Both the position numbers and the translations under genes were made by a program. DNA of 64,000 bases from assembly GCF_009914755.1 (NCBI RefSeq), contig NC_060928.1; one strand, 5' to 3'. This document shows, piece after piece, positions 13,901 through 27,119 of the stretch; the first letter of the stretch is position 1; each line of letters starts with the position of its first letter. This DNA is from the human T2T-CHM13v2.0 reference genome, Homo sapiens. The notes beneath the pieces were generated by a model. It did no database searches. It saw nothing but the letters and a program-made list of their open reading frames with translations, and had not been told where the DNA came from.

Positions 13901-15299
13901 TAAAAATCCATGTTTAAAGTAATGTTGACTTTGTTGCTGCCACTGTAAAATTTTTAAAAACTATGTAAGTGGTCACATCTTCTAACAAGAAACGCATGGT
14001 TCACAAACACTTTAAAAACATGCGTTAAACCAATCGTGACTCCTGCGGGTTAAGTGTATGGGTTCCCGGTCAAAACAGATACAATTTCTCATAATATCTG
14101 GCCTCTATGCTGGTGTTCTTTATAATGCTATTATAAGAGGTTTCATTAGTCAAAGACACCTTCATCTAAAGCTTCCTTCTGGAAATCATATCCTATTTAA
14201 TAAATTAGATGTAAAGCTCTTTATTCAGTTAACCACTTTGGATTTATTTATCTTAGATACATTTGGCGTAAAAACCTAAATCAGAAGTGTTTCACCCTGG
14301 TAAGGACATATAAAAATAAAATGGTCTTTCTCTCATTTTATTCCTTCCTATTTCCCTTTACCCCGCCTAGATATAATAACCTATTTCTGAAGTAATACGG
14401 ATAATTCTGTGACAAATCCACTTCAGCCTTGGTAATGCCCTTCGTTTTGACTTCAAAACATTCACTGGCTCTCATGGATTTGTACTATTTAACACCCAGA
14501 TAAAGGTAAGCTGCCTTTTTTAATAACGATGGATTACATTTTCTCGTTACATGCTCTTATTCAATTGGATTTTTTCAATTTAAGCACATCTATTCTAGGG
14601 AAAAATGTAAGTCTGAGAATAATTGTAGTTATTAGAAAAGTAAACACGATGAAACACAAAGTAACATAAACTGAAATTATCTGATTAAATTACTATAAAA
14701 AAGACATGTATTTCCATGGAAAAATGATGCAGCTATGTGCTCTGTATTTTCTCTCTCCATTCTTTGTTATAGGACTATGTCATTACTTGTACTTTCTTAT
14801 AAACAAACATATGTGGAGGATGGGGGATATTTTAAGTAGAAATACAAGTTTGGGCCACGTGCAATCAAAGAAATGTGATGGCATTTTATGTGTGGAGACT
14901 GATCTAATAGTCTCTACGCTAACAAATGTGTCAATGTTTTTACCGAAGTTCTTCTTGAATATCAATTCCAGACCTCCAGAGCGTGAGGTTTTCAAATGTG
15001 CTAATCCTAATATTCTGATAATATGGCTAAATCTATTAAATTTATTTTGTTCAGTAAACTCAATTCAAATAAAACTGCCTTATTTTAATTGCTCAATAAC
15101 TCAAATAAAACTGCCTTACAAAACTATACCATTCAATTTGAAACCACTAAAAAGTGTTCCTATATTACTGACAAATGAATATTTTAAAATTATTAAAATC
15201 ACTTTTAAAATTATTAAATTATTAATTGAGTTAGAGCAGGAATAAATCAGTACTATTTCTAATAATAAAATTAGTTATGATGTTTCCAGCATCAGCATA

Positions 15300-15510
15300 C
15301 TAAATGTAGCTATCATTTTACCTCTATTTTCCCTAAACCTCACAAGCATTCTGCAGGAAAGATATGCTGACCTCTTTTCCAGATGGGGACACTGAGGCTG
15401 AGAGATGTGAAGTGTCTTACCCTAAACAGCTCAACTAACTAGTTTCTTAAGTAGTATTTGAGCCCTGGTTGACCCAAATCCAAAGTGAATGATCAGCCTA
15501 GTACACTACT
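15300..15510 (-). mobile_element. MIR SINE
   Basis: ttttccagatggggacactgaggctgagagatgtgaagtgtcttaccc. Confidence 0.75.
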
Positions 15511-15559
15511 TAGCCTCTCACATTCCTGGTATCCAATACTGAGACTTGCTCCCAAGTGT

Positions 15560-15635
15560 TATCCCCTGCTCAGCACCTTGCACAGTGTCCGACATCTACG
15601 TAGGTGCTTAGTAAATGTTGAATGGATGAATGAAG
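15560..15635 (+). mobile_element. L2 3' terminus
   Basis: gcacagtgtccgacatc...taggtgcttagtaaatgttgaatggatgaatgaa. Confidence 0.75.
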
Positions 15636-15824
15636 CATGCATAAATAAATAAAATGTTAGGCTTGGTAGGGTACAGAACATGACCCACAAATGAAATGTA
15701 CCCTCACAGTTTCTTAAAGCCAACATACAAAATCCATGAAAGTCTATGTCATTGGCATAAATGTAATTAAAATAACATTCATAGCAGTATATTTCTATTT
15801 GAACAATTGATATAAGTTACTCAC

Positions 15825-16145
15825 CTTTTTGAGTACCAGAAAATGTGGTCATATATGTATATGTGTCTATATATACATAATAATCTGAGAAATTAGGCTT
15901 ATTGATGTCTTCTACTGTTTTTCCTTCAATTCGAGCTTTATTATGATTAATGGAACATTCCCTTTTCCTGTGTCAGAATTAAAACAGTGTATTTCATATA
16001 CATTCCTTTTTTAGAGATGCCAACGTTTAAACCTGACATTTGAGTTTTGAATCAAATTTTGTAGACAAAACATCTTTAGAGAACAGAATGCAATATTCAT
16101 TATTTCCAGGCATGTTATTGTTGGATGTATCCTGCAGCAGTGAAC
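15825..16145 (-). other. Candidate exon of an unidentified minus-strand transcript
   Basis: Long pyrimidine tract then tttcag|G acceptor; internal AATAAA at 15942-15937; AAG|GTGAGT donor at 15825; every frame stops inside it. Confidence 0.35.
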
Positions 16146-16223
16146 CTGAAAGAGTGGCAGGATGAAAAAGTAAGAGTTCAAGAGAAACGAAAGCCAAGAC
16201 AGAAAGAGAGGAGAGCAAAAGAT

Positions 16224-16269
16224 GAAGAGAAAGAGAGGAAGAGGGAGGAGAGGAGGGAAGAGAAAAAGA
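16224..16269 (+). repeat. Pure GA polypurine tract
   Basis: 46 consecutive purines including the mirror repeat agggaggagaggaggga. Confidence 0.85.
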
Positions 16270-18559
16270 TCTGTATTTGTTTTACTACCTAGTGACAGCC
16301 ATATAGAATGACATAATCCTGTTTTTGTAGGACTGTTTTGTTAAAGTAAGAATATTGTGTTTGTCTTATTTAAAACATTTCATAACCGTGCACCAAAAGA
16401 AAGATATGAAGACCCTCCTGTTTCATTTCCTGCCTCCATAGAATGTTGTGTTACTAAAATATTTTTATTACAGCAGAACCTGAAGCAATATAAAATGTTT
16501 GCTTGAGGATTATTTTTAGTCCCTTTAAGCTGAACTTCTGTAATGAAATCTATTTAGAGACATTCCATAATACCCTATGGTTACTAGCTTATGCAAATGA
16601 AGTGTGACCCTGGGAATAAACCTCTTGCCCCCCTCATCATCCTCCCTGGCTTCAAAGGTCTCTAGGCAATCACTTTTTTAAGTGAAGAGATTTTAAGGCT
16701 GAATTGAAATAGAAAGAGAGGGAATATAACTTGATATATAATACTCGTACAACCCAACCATTTACTATCTACTGTTTTCCCATAAATATTTAGACACTAA
16801 TTTATAAATCCATTTGGGATAAAGGTATTAGTACGTAATGATTTTTTTCTTTCAACCTCTACCTTTACTTTGGATTCTACAAACTAAAGACCAATATCAA
16901 TCAATAGTCATTTACTCTAACTTCATTTCTTCTTACTTAAACTGAGGGTCACTAGATTGGGACAGAATTGGTTTAGTGATAACAAATCTCTGCTGATTAT
17001 ATTCTCACTGAAAATATATTTGTGCTGAACATCAGAATAATCAAAAGTGATCAGGAAGATTTATATAATTCTAAAGAGGATAATAACTAGGTATATGCTT
17101 AATATATTACTTGAATATATTAGTATTGGAAAATATTGATGTTTAAAAACAATTGCAGAGAAAAATGATGGATCTCATTTTTAAGAGAAGGTTAATGAAA
17201 TTGGATAACATTGCATTTTCAGAAATACTAGTGAATGGGAAAGAGCTGTCTAAAATGCTTGGATAATAACCATCATAATAAACTTTATAATTTTAGGGGT
17301 CCCTTCCTACTGGATGATACTATGAACACAAAGTTTACTTTTTATGGGACAAATTGTTTAAATGCAAGCCAGTTACAGATGGTGAGTGGATTCAAATCAG
17401 CTTTTGGAGGCCCTAGGGATCTCCAGGTCAAAGTGTCACCTCAGGATATTGCTAAAATTAGGAACTAATCCAGGATGACTCTGGGACTTGTAGGCCAAAA
17501 GGTCTGCTATACAATATTTCAAGAGATGGCAAACCACAGATAACTAACTTTTTAACCTGGTCAAATAGCACAATGAAGTTAAAGTGCCCTGGAAATTCTC
17601 TGCAAATACTTTTCTTTTTTCAATACTCTGGTAAAGTGTGGTGAATCTACCATTTTTCATAAAATATAGAGCTTTTTTAAAATTAAAGTAAATGTTACCA
17701 TTTAAGCTCTGTTATTTATGTTCTGCTTTTTTGTATATGATTATCAAATTTATGTCATGAGGTTTTATTTTAGGTGGTTGATGTTGAATAGTCAGTATTT
17801 GGTATAGGTTAATGCTTAGGCCTTGAAATGCATAAGGCTTCACAAACTCTTCCTTTCTAAGGGGTAGGATCTCAATACTACAGCTATCTTCATGGAAAAA
17901 TCTGATTAAGCTCCAGAATAGGGTAAACGGTCCTGAATCCCTGGCCAGTGACTGAAAGAGAGAAAATTAATCAACGATGTACTCAAAATAGGTGCCAGAA
18001 GTTGGTGCTAAAACTTAGCTGGTCACCGCAAAGTAATGACTCAAAATAAGATTGTTGCACCTGTTAATGCTACTAAGTTATACAGCAAATATGCATGGAC
18101 CCAGAAAAAAAAAGAGAATGATGCAACAGAGGTAAGAATTAGAATTCAGAAGAAACTGGAGCATAGCAAACCAAAATCACAGCTAAAATACACCGGCAAA
18201 TTATAAAGCCACAGAAACTAAGGGCCCAGTAGGAAAAAGTCAAGGAGCCTCAACCTGCAAAAAGCAGTAAATCTAGTAGAAAACATTGGATAATTAAAGA
18301 AAACTCTCCTGAAAAACAATATATAATTCCAGATTAGTACCCATGCAGACCAAAGTCAATTCCTTTCAGAAGCATTTCTCCAAACAGATATGTCAGGTTT
18401 TTAAACCTCAAGGACTAATAAATATTTGAGAAGAATTTCAACTGTAGACACTCCTCCTCCAGACTGAGAAAGGAATGAGAGGATGCCCCATGATAAAGAG
18501 CCACTCCTACAAGTGTAGCATGTTTGCAAGTTGACCTTCAACAGACTAATCCAATGGTT

Positions 18560-19345
18560 CACTTGTTCATTCATTCTCTCAACAAATATTAACTTTTGTT
18601 ATATGACAATCATTCTGTTTATATGCTGCATATAAGACGGTGAACAAAACAAACCCCTTCTCAGCTCTTAAGCATGCAACCAAGTGAGGGAGACAAATTA
18701 CTAAAAATAAACAAACAAAGAAGCAATTACAGGTGGGCAGATCATGAGGTCAAGAGATCAAGACCATGCTGGCCACTATGGTGAAATCCCATCTCTACTA
18801 AAAATACAAAAATTAGCTGGGCATGGTGGTGTGCACCTGCAGTCTCAGCTACTCGGCAGGCTGAGGCAGAGGCTGAAGTGAGCCGAGATCGCGTCACTCC
18901 ACTCCAGCCTAGCAACAGAGTGAGACTCTTTCTAAAAAGAAAGAAAAAAGAAGCAATTACAGTTTATGATAAACATGATAAAAGGGTAAGGGGGATGCAG
19001 TAAGACAGAAAGACAGAATAATTGGGCGAGGGGGCTTTAATTTAGATAAAGTTCATGGAAGACATTTCTGATAAATGTTTTTTAAGAAACCTGAGACCTA
19101 GAAGCTGAGTAAAAGCCTGGTACAGAGGAGGCGAAAGAGTCTTCTAGGCAGGAAGACAAGCACGATTGAAAAACCTGAGGTGAGAAAGAGCTGGAAGCAT
19201 TTGAGAAACTGAAAGAAGGGTCTCAAAGAGGCCATGAACAGAAAAATCTAGAGCAACTCATTCATGGAAGGACCACAAATCTACTGAAAGAAATATAGAT
19301 GGTATTTTTATTTGCAACAAAGGGACATTAAAGAGCTTTACACAG
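18560..19345 (-). mobile_element. L2 fragment split by an Alu
   Basis: ttcattcattctctcaacaaatatt start; ggaagacatttctgataa...gagtcttctaggcaggaag...gcatttgagaaactgaaagaagg. Confidence 0.75.
18731..18946 (+). mobile_element. 5'-truncated, internally deleted AluSc-like element
   Basis: tcaagagatcaagaccat and cctagcaacagag diagnostics; perfect 16-bp TSD aaagaagcaattacag at 18717-18732 and 18947-18962. Confidence 0.9.
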
Positions 19346-19524
19346 GCCAGTTGAATGTCAAAAGCAGATTTACCAAGAAGCTAGTGGAGTTTCAACTTCA
19401 GAACCATTCAGGACCTTTCTGAAGTCCCAGAAGGAGCCCTAGCAAAGTGCTCGCTCACATATGTTTTCATAATATTATATATAGTCTGTAATGTTGCATA
19501 TCTATATCGGCTCACTTTGCTCAT

Positions 19525-19635
19525 GTGCCCCATGAGAGGGAAATTTAGTCTTTTTTGTATACTGCTATATCCCTAAAGACTAGAATAATAACTGGCATAT
19601 AGGAGGTGCTCAATTAATATTTGTTGAATGAATGA
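19525..19635 (+). mobile_element. L2 3' terminus
   Basis: actggcatataggaggtgctcaattaatatttgttgaatgaatgaa. Confidence 0.75.
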
Positions 19636-20463
19636 AAGATCTTCAGGGCATGTTACAATGATATTCGCCTCCAAGCTGGATCTCTATGACTCTAGTGCTC
19701 CCTATCCAATACACCATATCTGATAGTAGTAAAGAACAATCAGTCCCTAAGAAAAGGGGAAGAAGTCTAATATACACATAAATATATAAATCACATATAT
19801 ATCTGATCATATCAGTACCCTCCTTATCTATTGCCCTTTGGCACCTCCCCACCACCTACAAGAATAAAGTCTCAGCAATTTAGAAAATCATGATCAGTAG
19901 AGCAAGTCACATAGATCCTCAACCTATTACATCATATGATAAGTTACTTAACATCCCAGTGTTCAAATTTTCTCCATAGGGCCATAGTGTATATTAAAGG
20001 TTATGCTTTTATAGTTTTTGAAAATGTCAGTTAAGACAGTCAATAACATCTACTACCTGCTTAGTAAAGCATGTAAGCAGAGAGCTCTGTAACTGAGTTT
20101 TCCTCCTTCTTTTCCTCTATATTTTCTTCTATCTTGCATTGACTTTGCTGTCCCTCCCTCAAACCATCACTCCCACCACACAATGCTTAGACTTTAGGAT
20201 AAATATTGGTCAGATAGATCTTAAAGCAGAGAATGGAATAAAAAATGACAATAAACTTTGGAAAAAAATGATAGAAAGCCCAAGCTCCAGTTCCACAAAA
20301 TGGTCATGGTCTCCAACTTTCTTAAGGTCCTGGCCACTATCATAAAAGAAACATCACATTTCTTACATAGTTTCAGAAGTGCCTGCTCTGAACCACACTT
20401 AGAAGTCAAGTAGCAAAACAGGATCCTTAGCAGCAAAGTGCTCAAATGTGTCAGTCATATCAG

Positions 20464-20613
20464 TTTTTATTTTCTTTGTTTTGTTTTGTCTTTTGTAGAG
20501 ACAGGGTCTGGCTATGTTGCCCAGGCTAGTCTCAACCTCCTGGCCTCAAGTGATCCTCCTGCCTCAGCCTCCCAAAATACTGAGATTACAGTCATGAGAC
20601 ACTGTGCCCAACC
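20464..20613 (-). mobile_element. Free left Alu monomer (FLAM_C-like)
   Basis: Single monomer gtagagacagggtctggctatgttgcccagg...; degenerate TSD agtcatatcagttt / agtcttaccagatt. Confidence 0.85.
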
Positions 20614-21363
20614 TAGTCTTACCAGATTTGTATAAGATAATCACCATATCATTCATCAAAGAATCATATCCTAGGCTATATTTCCTTAGTGGATTAAAAA
20701 TCTCAAAGAGTGAAGGCAGAGAAAAAGTTCTAAAATTTTACAGAAATGTATCATCAATGCAAACGGCCAGAAAATAATTGCAGAAAACCAAGGAGCATAT
20801 TAGAGAAAAGGATTTACCTCTTTAGGCCAAGCTATATATAGACAGGACAGTATATCTGGGGTCCTGGCATTTCAACGCACACCCCGTCAGCAAGCCAAGC
20901 ACATTCTGATAATGTTACATCAAAAGATACAACATTATCCCTGCAAGGGCCACAGGAGCCTAATATTTTCTCCTCTACCAATAAATAGATTTCAAATACA
21001 GTTGCCTTCTGGGTAGTCAAACCCTGGCTAGTTTGGGTATGATATAGGATGTGAACATAGGATGAGGAGGCACCTGAAGTCCTAGGAGACTGATATAAAA
21101 ATAGAGTGTGCATTTTGAGTACATGGGCCAAAGATGCCCCACTCGTTTACAAGTAGAGCTTGTCACTAAGGAAAGAGATGGTAGATCATTTTCGTAGGAA
21201 GTACAGAACCAGTGATATCTTAAACTAGGATATGAGAGTAAAGAACAATGAGTCCTTAAGAAAAAGGAAAGTCTAGACTGTTACAAGCTCAGGGTTGAAC
21301 ACCGACTGAAGGCATTCTTGGGGGCAGGTCGCTGGGCACAATGTTTGATTGACATTGGAAGCC

Positions 21364-21462
21364 TTTCAGACTCAGCCACTTTTGCAAGGCTGCTGTGCTG
21401 TAGTGACTAGTAACTTTCACACTCAGATACTCTGTCAAGGCTGTGCTGTAGTGACTGGTAAC
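21364..21462 (+). repeat. Two-copy ~50-bp tandem duplication
   Basis: tttcagactcag...gctgtgctgtagtgactagtaac (51 bp) followed by tttcacactcag...gctgtgctgtagtgactggtaac (48 bp). Confidence 0.9.
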
Positions 21463-21963
21463 TGAGCATATAAGCAAAGGGCCCCAATCTTATAGCATGG
21501 GTGGGCATCCAGCTGAAAAATGCAGGACAGGTTTCTGACATTGACACCATGTGGCAGAAGAAGGCAAAGGCATTCGTGAACTGAATAAACTTTCTTGTGC
21601 CTCTTGTGCTCTAGTACTTGAAATAAGACTAGCCTCTCCTTTAGTATTAAGGATTTTCTGGGCTTCTTGGGCAATTAAGTAGGAGATATGCTAATAGGAC
21701 AGTTAAGTAATAGATGAGGCAATAACTCTCAAGGCTTCGGCATGGAAGTGGCACATATCCCTTGTCCATACTTCTTTGTAACACATTTCCTCCGCCAAAA
21801 TATTTGGCTAAGCTTGATATTTAAGAGACCCGGTAGAAAAGGATGAAGTAAACAAGGGTCCAATAAAATGAAGTCCCAAATATTTTGACAATCATAGCAT
21901 CTATCACACATTTCTTCTTTGTCCACATAGTCAATGATCAGTATCTAAACAGAGACATGATAA

Positions 21964-22410
<447 letters not shown>

Positions 22411-23684
22411 AGATGCCTATTTTTTACATTAAAAATTTGAAGCTCTGTCTATTAAATGCATTGAGTTCTTTTGGAAAATACTATCAATGTCATGGTTATT
22501 ATATTTATAAAATGTAATTGTCTCTAAATAAAAATTTTTGTTTAACAATTTTTTCCTTTAAAAAATAAAAAATTATATAATCTGCACTACTTTGCATCTT
22601 CAGATTTTACTATTTTCTCTCTGTTTTTATCCTTATTTCTTCCTACTCACTTGATATTTTTACACAAAAATGTATAACAAGAGTAAAGTTAAGAGAGAGA
22701 TCTTTTTAACTTATGTATGACTTCCAGAAAAGACCATCTGAAACAGTCATACCTATATCATTCTATATCATACCTATAGATCCTAGAGAAACTCCAAGAT
22801 TAGGTATAGCATAGTGTCTCTAACATGGTTAGAAAATCACCACATTATAAACCCACCAACCAAAAAGATAATTTCTCAAAGACTATGATCTAGCTATAAT
22901 AAAAATCTATCAAGCCTGTACAGGTCTAAATGACCTATTGTGGAAGTTATCTTGGTTGTTCTAAAAACAACTGACTATGTAATTATTAGATATTGCAGCT
23001 AAATGTTGCATATTTAAGTTTATGCAAACACACACCATTATAAATAGACTGTTTTTTGACATGAAATTATTTACACATTAAAAAAGGAATGTAGAAAAGG
23101 AAACTGATCGCAATGTAAGGAACATAATTTGCTTAAAGCAGGTCTCCTCAGATATAAAATCAAGAACATTAACCATACTACATTCAAAAAAACAAAATAT
23201 TTTAAGGATATTTTATTTCTCTTTCCAGTTCTATGCGAATTGTAATGATTATCCTCAAACCATTTTCCATTAAGTATATATGTTTATAAACACATAAATT
23301 GCAATTAATCTACAAAAATTTACTGGTTCTAAGTAACAGGGTATGTTTTAGACACTTAATAAAGTAATATCCTCAGTTCTTCTGCTTCTCTCTGTAAATT
23401 TCAACATCTCAATCAATCAATAAAAGACCTTCAAGGATCAAAGTTTCTCAGTGACCAAATGGTAGGATTACCTCAGGATTTAACACCAGGCTTGGTTAAA
23501 TACAGGTTACATAGATCTCTTCTTTCTTTGGGCACAACCAGAAAGGATTCTTTTAATTATGATAGAAGAGCAACAAGTAGAAAAAAGACAGCCTCTATGC
23601 CCCTCTCAATCAACAGACAAATCAACAAACCAGACAGAATTATATGTGATCTGATAGCGTGTATTTTGTGACATCACCATCATT

Positions 23685-24205
23685 CTTATCCAACAATTAT
23701 TGAGCATTTCCATATGCTAGGTATTGTGGTAGAAGTTTGAATATCAAAGAAGGAATAAAGAATGAATATGATTTTGCCAGATGGGCAATGGGGGCCTGCG
23801 GAGAGAGAAGGGAGATGGGAAAAGAGAGAGAAGGCATTTCAGACAGAATGAACATCACCAACAAAGTTACAGAAACGTGAAACAACATAGCAAATTCTTG
23901 AAACTGCTATTAGAACAGTTCAGATTGGTGCCTACTGCTAGGGCACAGGCTGAGAGTGATTAGGTCTTGGAAGGGCGTGGACAGAGACTACTTCATGGAG
24001 GGCCATGTGTGCCTTAAGAAAGGTTGTAGATTATCATGTAAACAATGAAGCATCAAGGGAGTGTCTTAATGAAAGAAGCCACGTTATAGATCAGAGTTTT
24101 GAGAAAATAATTTTGGCTGGGGCATGGGGTATACCTTAGAGGAGATTGACATAGAGGGAAAATATCAATTAGGAGACTATATTTAAAATTCAGAGAAGTG
24201 ATATT
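23685..24205 (-). mobile_element. L2 fragments
   Basis: caacaattattgagcatttccatatgctagg; gaaggcatttcagacagaatgaacatc; gagggccatgtgtgcc. Confidence 0.65.
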
Positions 24206-26084
24206 TTTAAAGGTTCTGAGCCCAGTTTTGGATTTGTTACTCATGAGGGGCCTATTGTACATCCAACATCTACTAGAGAGATGATGGCATTTTTCAGGAT
24301 TTAAAACTTTTCTGTTTAAAAATTTCTTTTCCCCTAACAGACAATTTGAAAGGAGTCATCAATATTCCCTACATTCTTGCAAAATATCTTTTTACAAATG
24401 TTACATTGAAGATGTTTGAATCCCTACTTATAGGATTCATTTGGTCCTTCACTGAAGAAAATTGCCACAAATCTCTAATTCACTGGATGGGATAGGATTC
24501 ACATCGCAGATCATGAGATTCACTCTTTTAAGTGACAAATGACCGTATTTCCCCCTTATTTGGTAACTGACTCCTTCCTCCAACCGAGAGCTTGTATCTC
24601 TGTACTTAGGCTTCCCACCAAGATTACATTTGTCCACGACCTATGAAGTAATCTGAACTGTTTTGTAATTTTTAAACACCAGTATAGGAGAAAACAATGA
24701 TTGGGTGTCCTCAAAATTCTGCTCAGTGGTCTGACATCATAGATATTTCCCCAGGTCTATTTCCATATTTGACCAATTCTTCTTTCCATTGAGTCATGCT
24801 GAACAAAATACATTATCTCAATAATTGCTATCTTCAACAACCTAAAATTAAATGTATCATTCCATCACTGTGGTATGATGAGAAAGAAATTCTGTCTTTT
24901 AAAAAAGTTATAGGGATACTGGTGTTAGGGAAGTTATACCGTACAAGTAGAGGAAATTTTTTTTAAGTTTTTTTTTATAATTGCAGAAAAAAGTTTGTCA
25001 TAACTCATGAAACAATAAAGCCTACTTTGACAACAAAGCCTACTTTATGCCTTTTGTAAAGAAATAAAGGCAAAAGTAAGTATAGTTCCAAATACTATCA
25101 TTAAAACTTGTGTCTATATTTTAATTTCTGCTTATTTAGCATTGCCTTCATACTTAAAATGTATAAAGCATCACTACTAAAAATATAGCATCTCCCTAGA
25201 AAGTGACTTTAACAATAAATAGCTTGTTATAATTAGCTAATGTTGCTTCATAAACCCAAAACCTTTTAGTAAGTTTACATTAAAACTTAAATAAGGTCTT
25301 CAGAAACGTCTGTGATGAAGATCACACAATGCAGTAATACCAAGGAGAATTGTTGACAGTAGCTTCTCACTAGTTGCCAAAGTCCATGACTGTTTTAAGA
25401 TTATGGAAGGCCATTCATTTTGTTTGCATGAATTTAAAGATAATTTAACCAAATCCCCTAACAGTAGTTAATGGTTCTTAATTATATGATGTGATAAAAT
25501 AGAAGAAAGCCTTGTTCGCTGAAAGGGAGTATTATTATTAAAATTGTCTAATTTTATATGACAGTAAAATTAAAAGATGACACAGTGAAGAAGGAAAAAT
25601 ACCCCATGGAGTGGTTAAACAACACCTAAGTTTTCACTTTTCTGTGCCAAGTTTTATTTCAGAGAAAAAGGCTCAGTTGCACAACATTTCAGGAAAACAT
25701 AAAATTAAGCTTTGGAAGTAGATTTCATGGCCCAGCCCTTCTTTACTGACTTATGAAGAAGTACATTTTACATCATTGTTTGAATATGCTAGCATTTCCA
25801 TGATCAAACTTTTGACTTCAAAATTGAATCGCAGTATAGTTTATTTTGAGCAATTCTAAGTGTTATACCAGTATATCCTATCAACTTTGAACAGGAATTG
25901 AGAACACACACCTGGCTTACAAGGATGCTATAGGATTTAGAACATGAACATGATACGCATATCTGAGATTGCCCTCACTATTTCTTTTGGGGGCAAGAAC
26001 TCTATTTCTTTCAAACTCATGTAAATACAACAGCTAGTCAAGATTTTCCAGTCCTCTTCTGTTTGGGGACCGGAATAATTACTA

Positions 26085-26290
26085 GTTATTGAGTGTGAAG
26101 TGCATGTTTTACCTGAGTTTTTTCATTTGACGATCCAATCCCTATAAGACAAATGTTATGGTTATAACATCCCCATACTACAGATTAAAATTTCAAGGCT
26201 TAGAGAGGTTAAACTGTATGCTCAAAACACATGGACTGTGAAGAACAGACACAGCGTTCGAATCCCAGTTCTGTTCAACAGGGATTCAAA
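26085..26290 (-). mobile_element. MIR SINE
   Basis: catccccatactacagattaaaatttcaaggcttagagaggttaaact; B-box-like gttcgaatcccag. Confidence 0.7.
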
Positions 26291-26339
26291 TGCAGGTCTG
26301 TCTAATTCCAAGTCTTAGGCATATAAAACTGAATTCATA

Positions 26340-26930
26340 TATTTTCTGCCAAATCCCCAAATCTGTCTCTATTGTGACATTTCCTACTACTACAGATGGT
26401 ACCATACTTCCACTTATCTGCAAAAGCCAGAAAACAGGGATAATTTTTAACTCCTTTTTCCTCATTTTCAATAACCAATAAGTCAACATGTCCTCTCTTC
26501 TACTTTATATCTTTCAAATCCAGGTTTATCCCAACTACGTTTTCTCTACCTTAGTTCTGCTCTCATAATTCCTTTCCTGGATGGTTGTAAAAGTTCTCAA
26601 CTGATATTTCTACCTCCAGTCTTACCTGTCTCTAATCTACTCTCCACACCACAATCAGAATGAGCTTTCGAAAGTACACATCTTGTCGTATAGTAATCCC
26701 AATGTAAAAGCCTTAAATAGTTCCTTAGTGCCTTGGAGATAAAGCTCAAAGCCTTCTTAGCTCTTTTAGGGTCCTTTGTTAATTGTCCCTTGCTTAACTC
26801 TCCATCCTAATCTCTCTCTACTCTTTCTCTCACAGACTACATCCCACCCCGCTTAATGTTCAATAGTTATTGAAACATTCCAGGTGATTTCTTGCCTTTA
26901 TGCTTTGGTACAGATTTCCTTCCTGCTTCT
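26340..26930 (+). mobile_element. L2 fragment
   Basis: ttcctggatggttgtaaaagttctcaactgat...ctctccacaccacaatcagaatgagctttcgaaag. Confidence 0.65.
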
Positions 26931-27119
26931 TTGCAAATTTCTCCCTACTTTTTCCTAATTTTTACTTGGATAACAATTCTCCCTTCAGGAAGCATTTTCA
27001 GTATCCTCTCCTTAAACTATCTGTCTAAACTGTTACTTGCCACAGCACTGAGCTCAAAGCACTCAAAGAAAATATTGTCATTATCCAGTTAGGCTTTAAG
27101 ATTCTTCCAATCCTGCCCA

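Noticed and set aside
20818-21131. 99-aa minus-strand ORF with a nearby GAG|GTAAAT donor
   Set aside because: Non-ATG start, no recognisable motif, ambiguous acceptor
26250-26275. tRNA T-loop-like gttcgaatccc
   Set aside because: Lies within a MIR, with no cloverleaf around it
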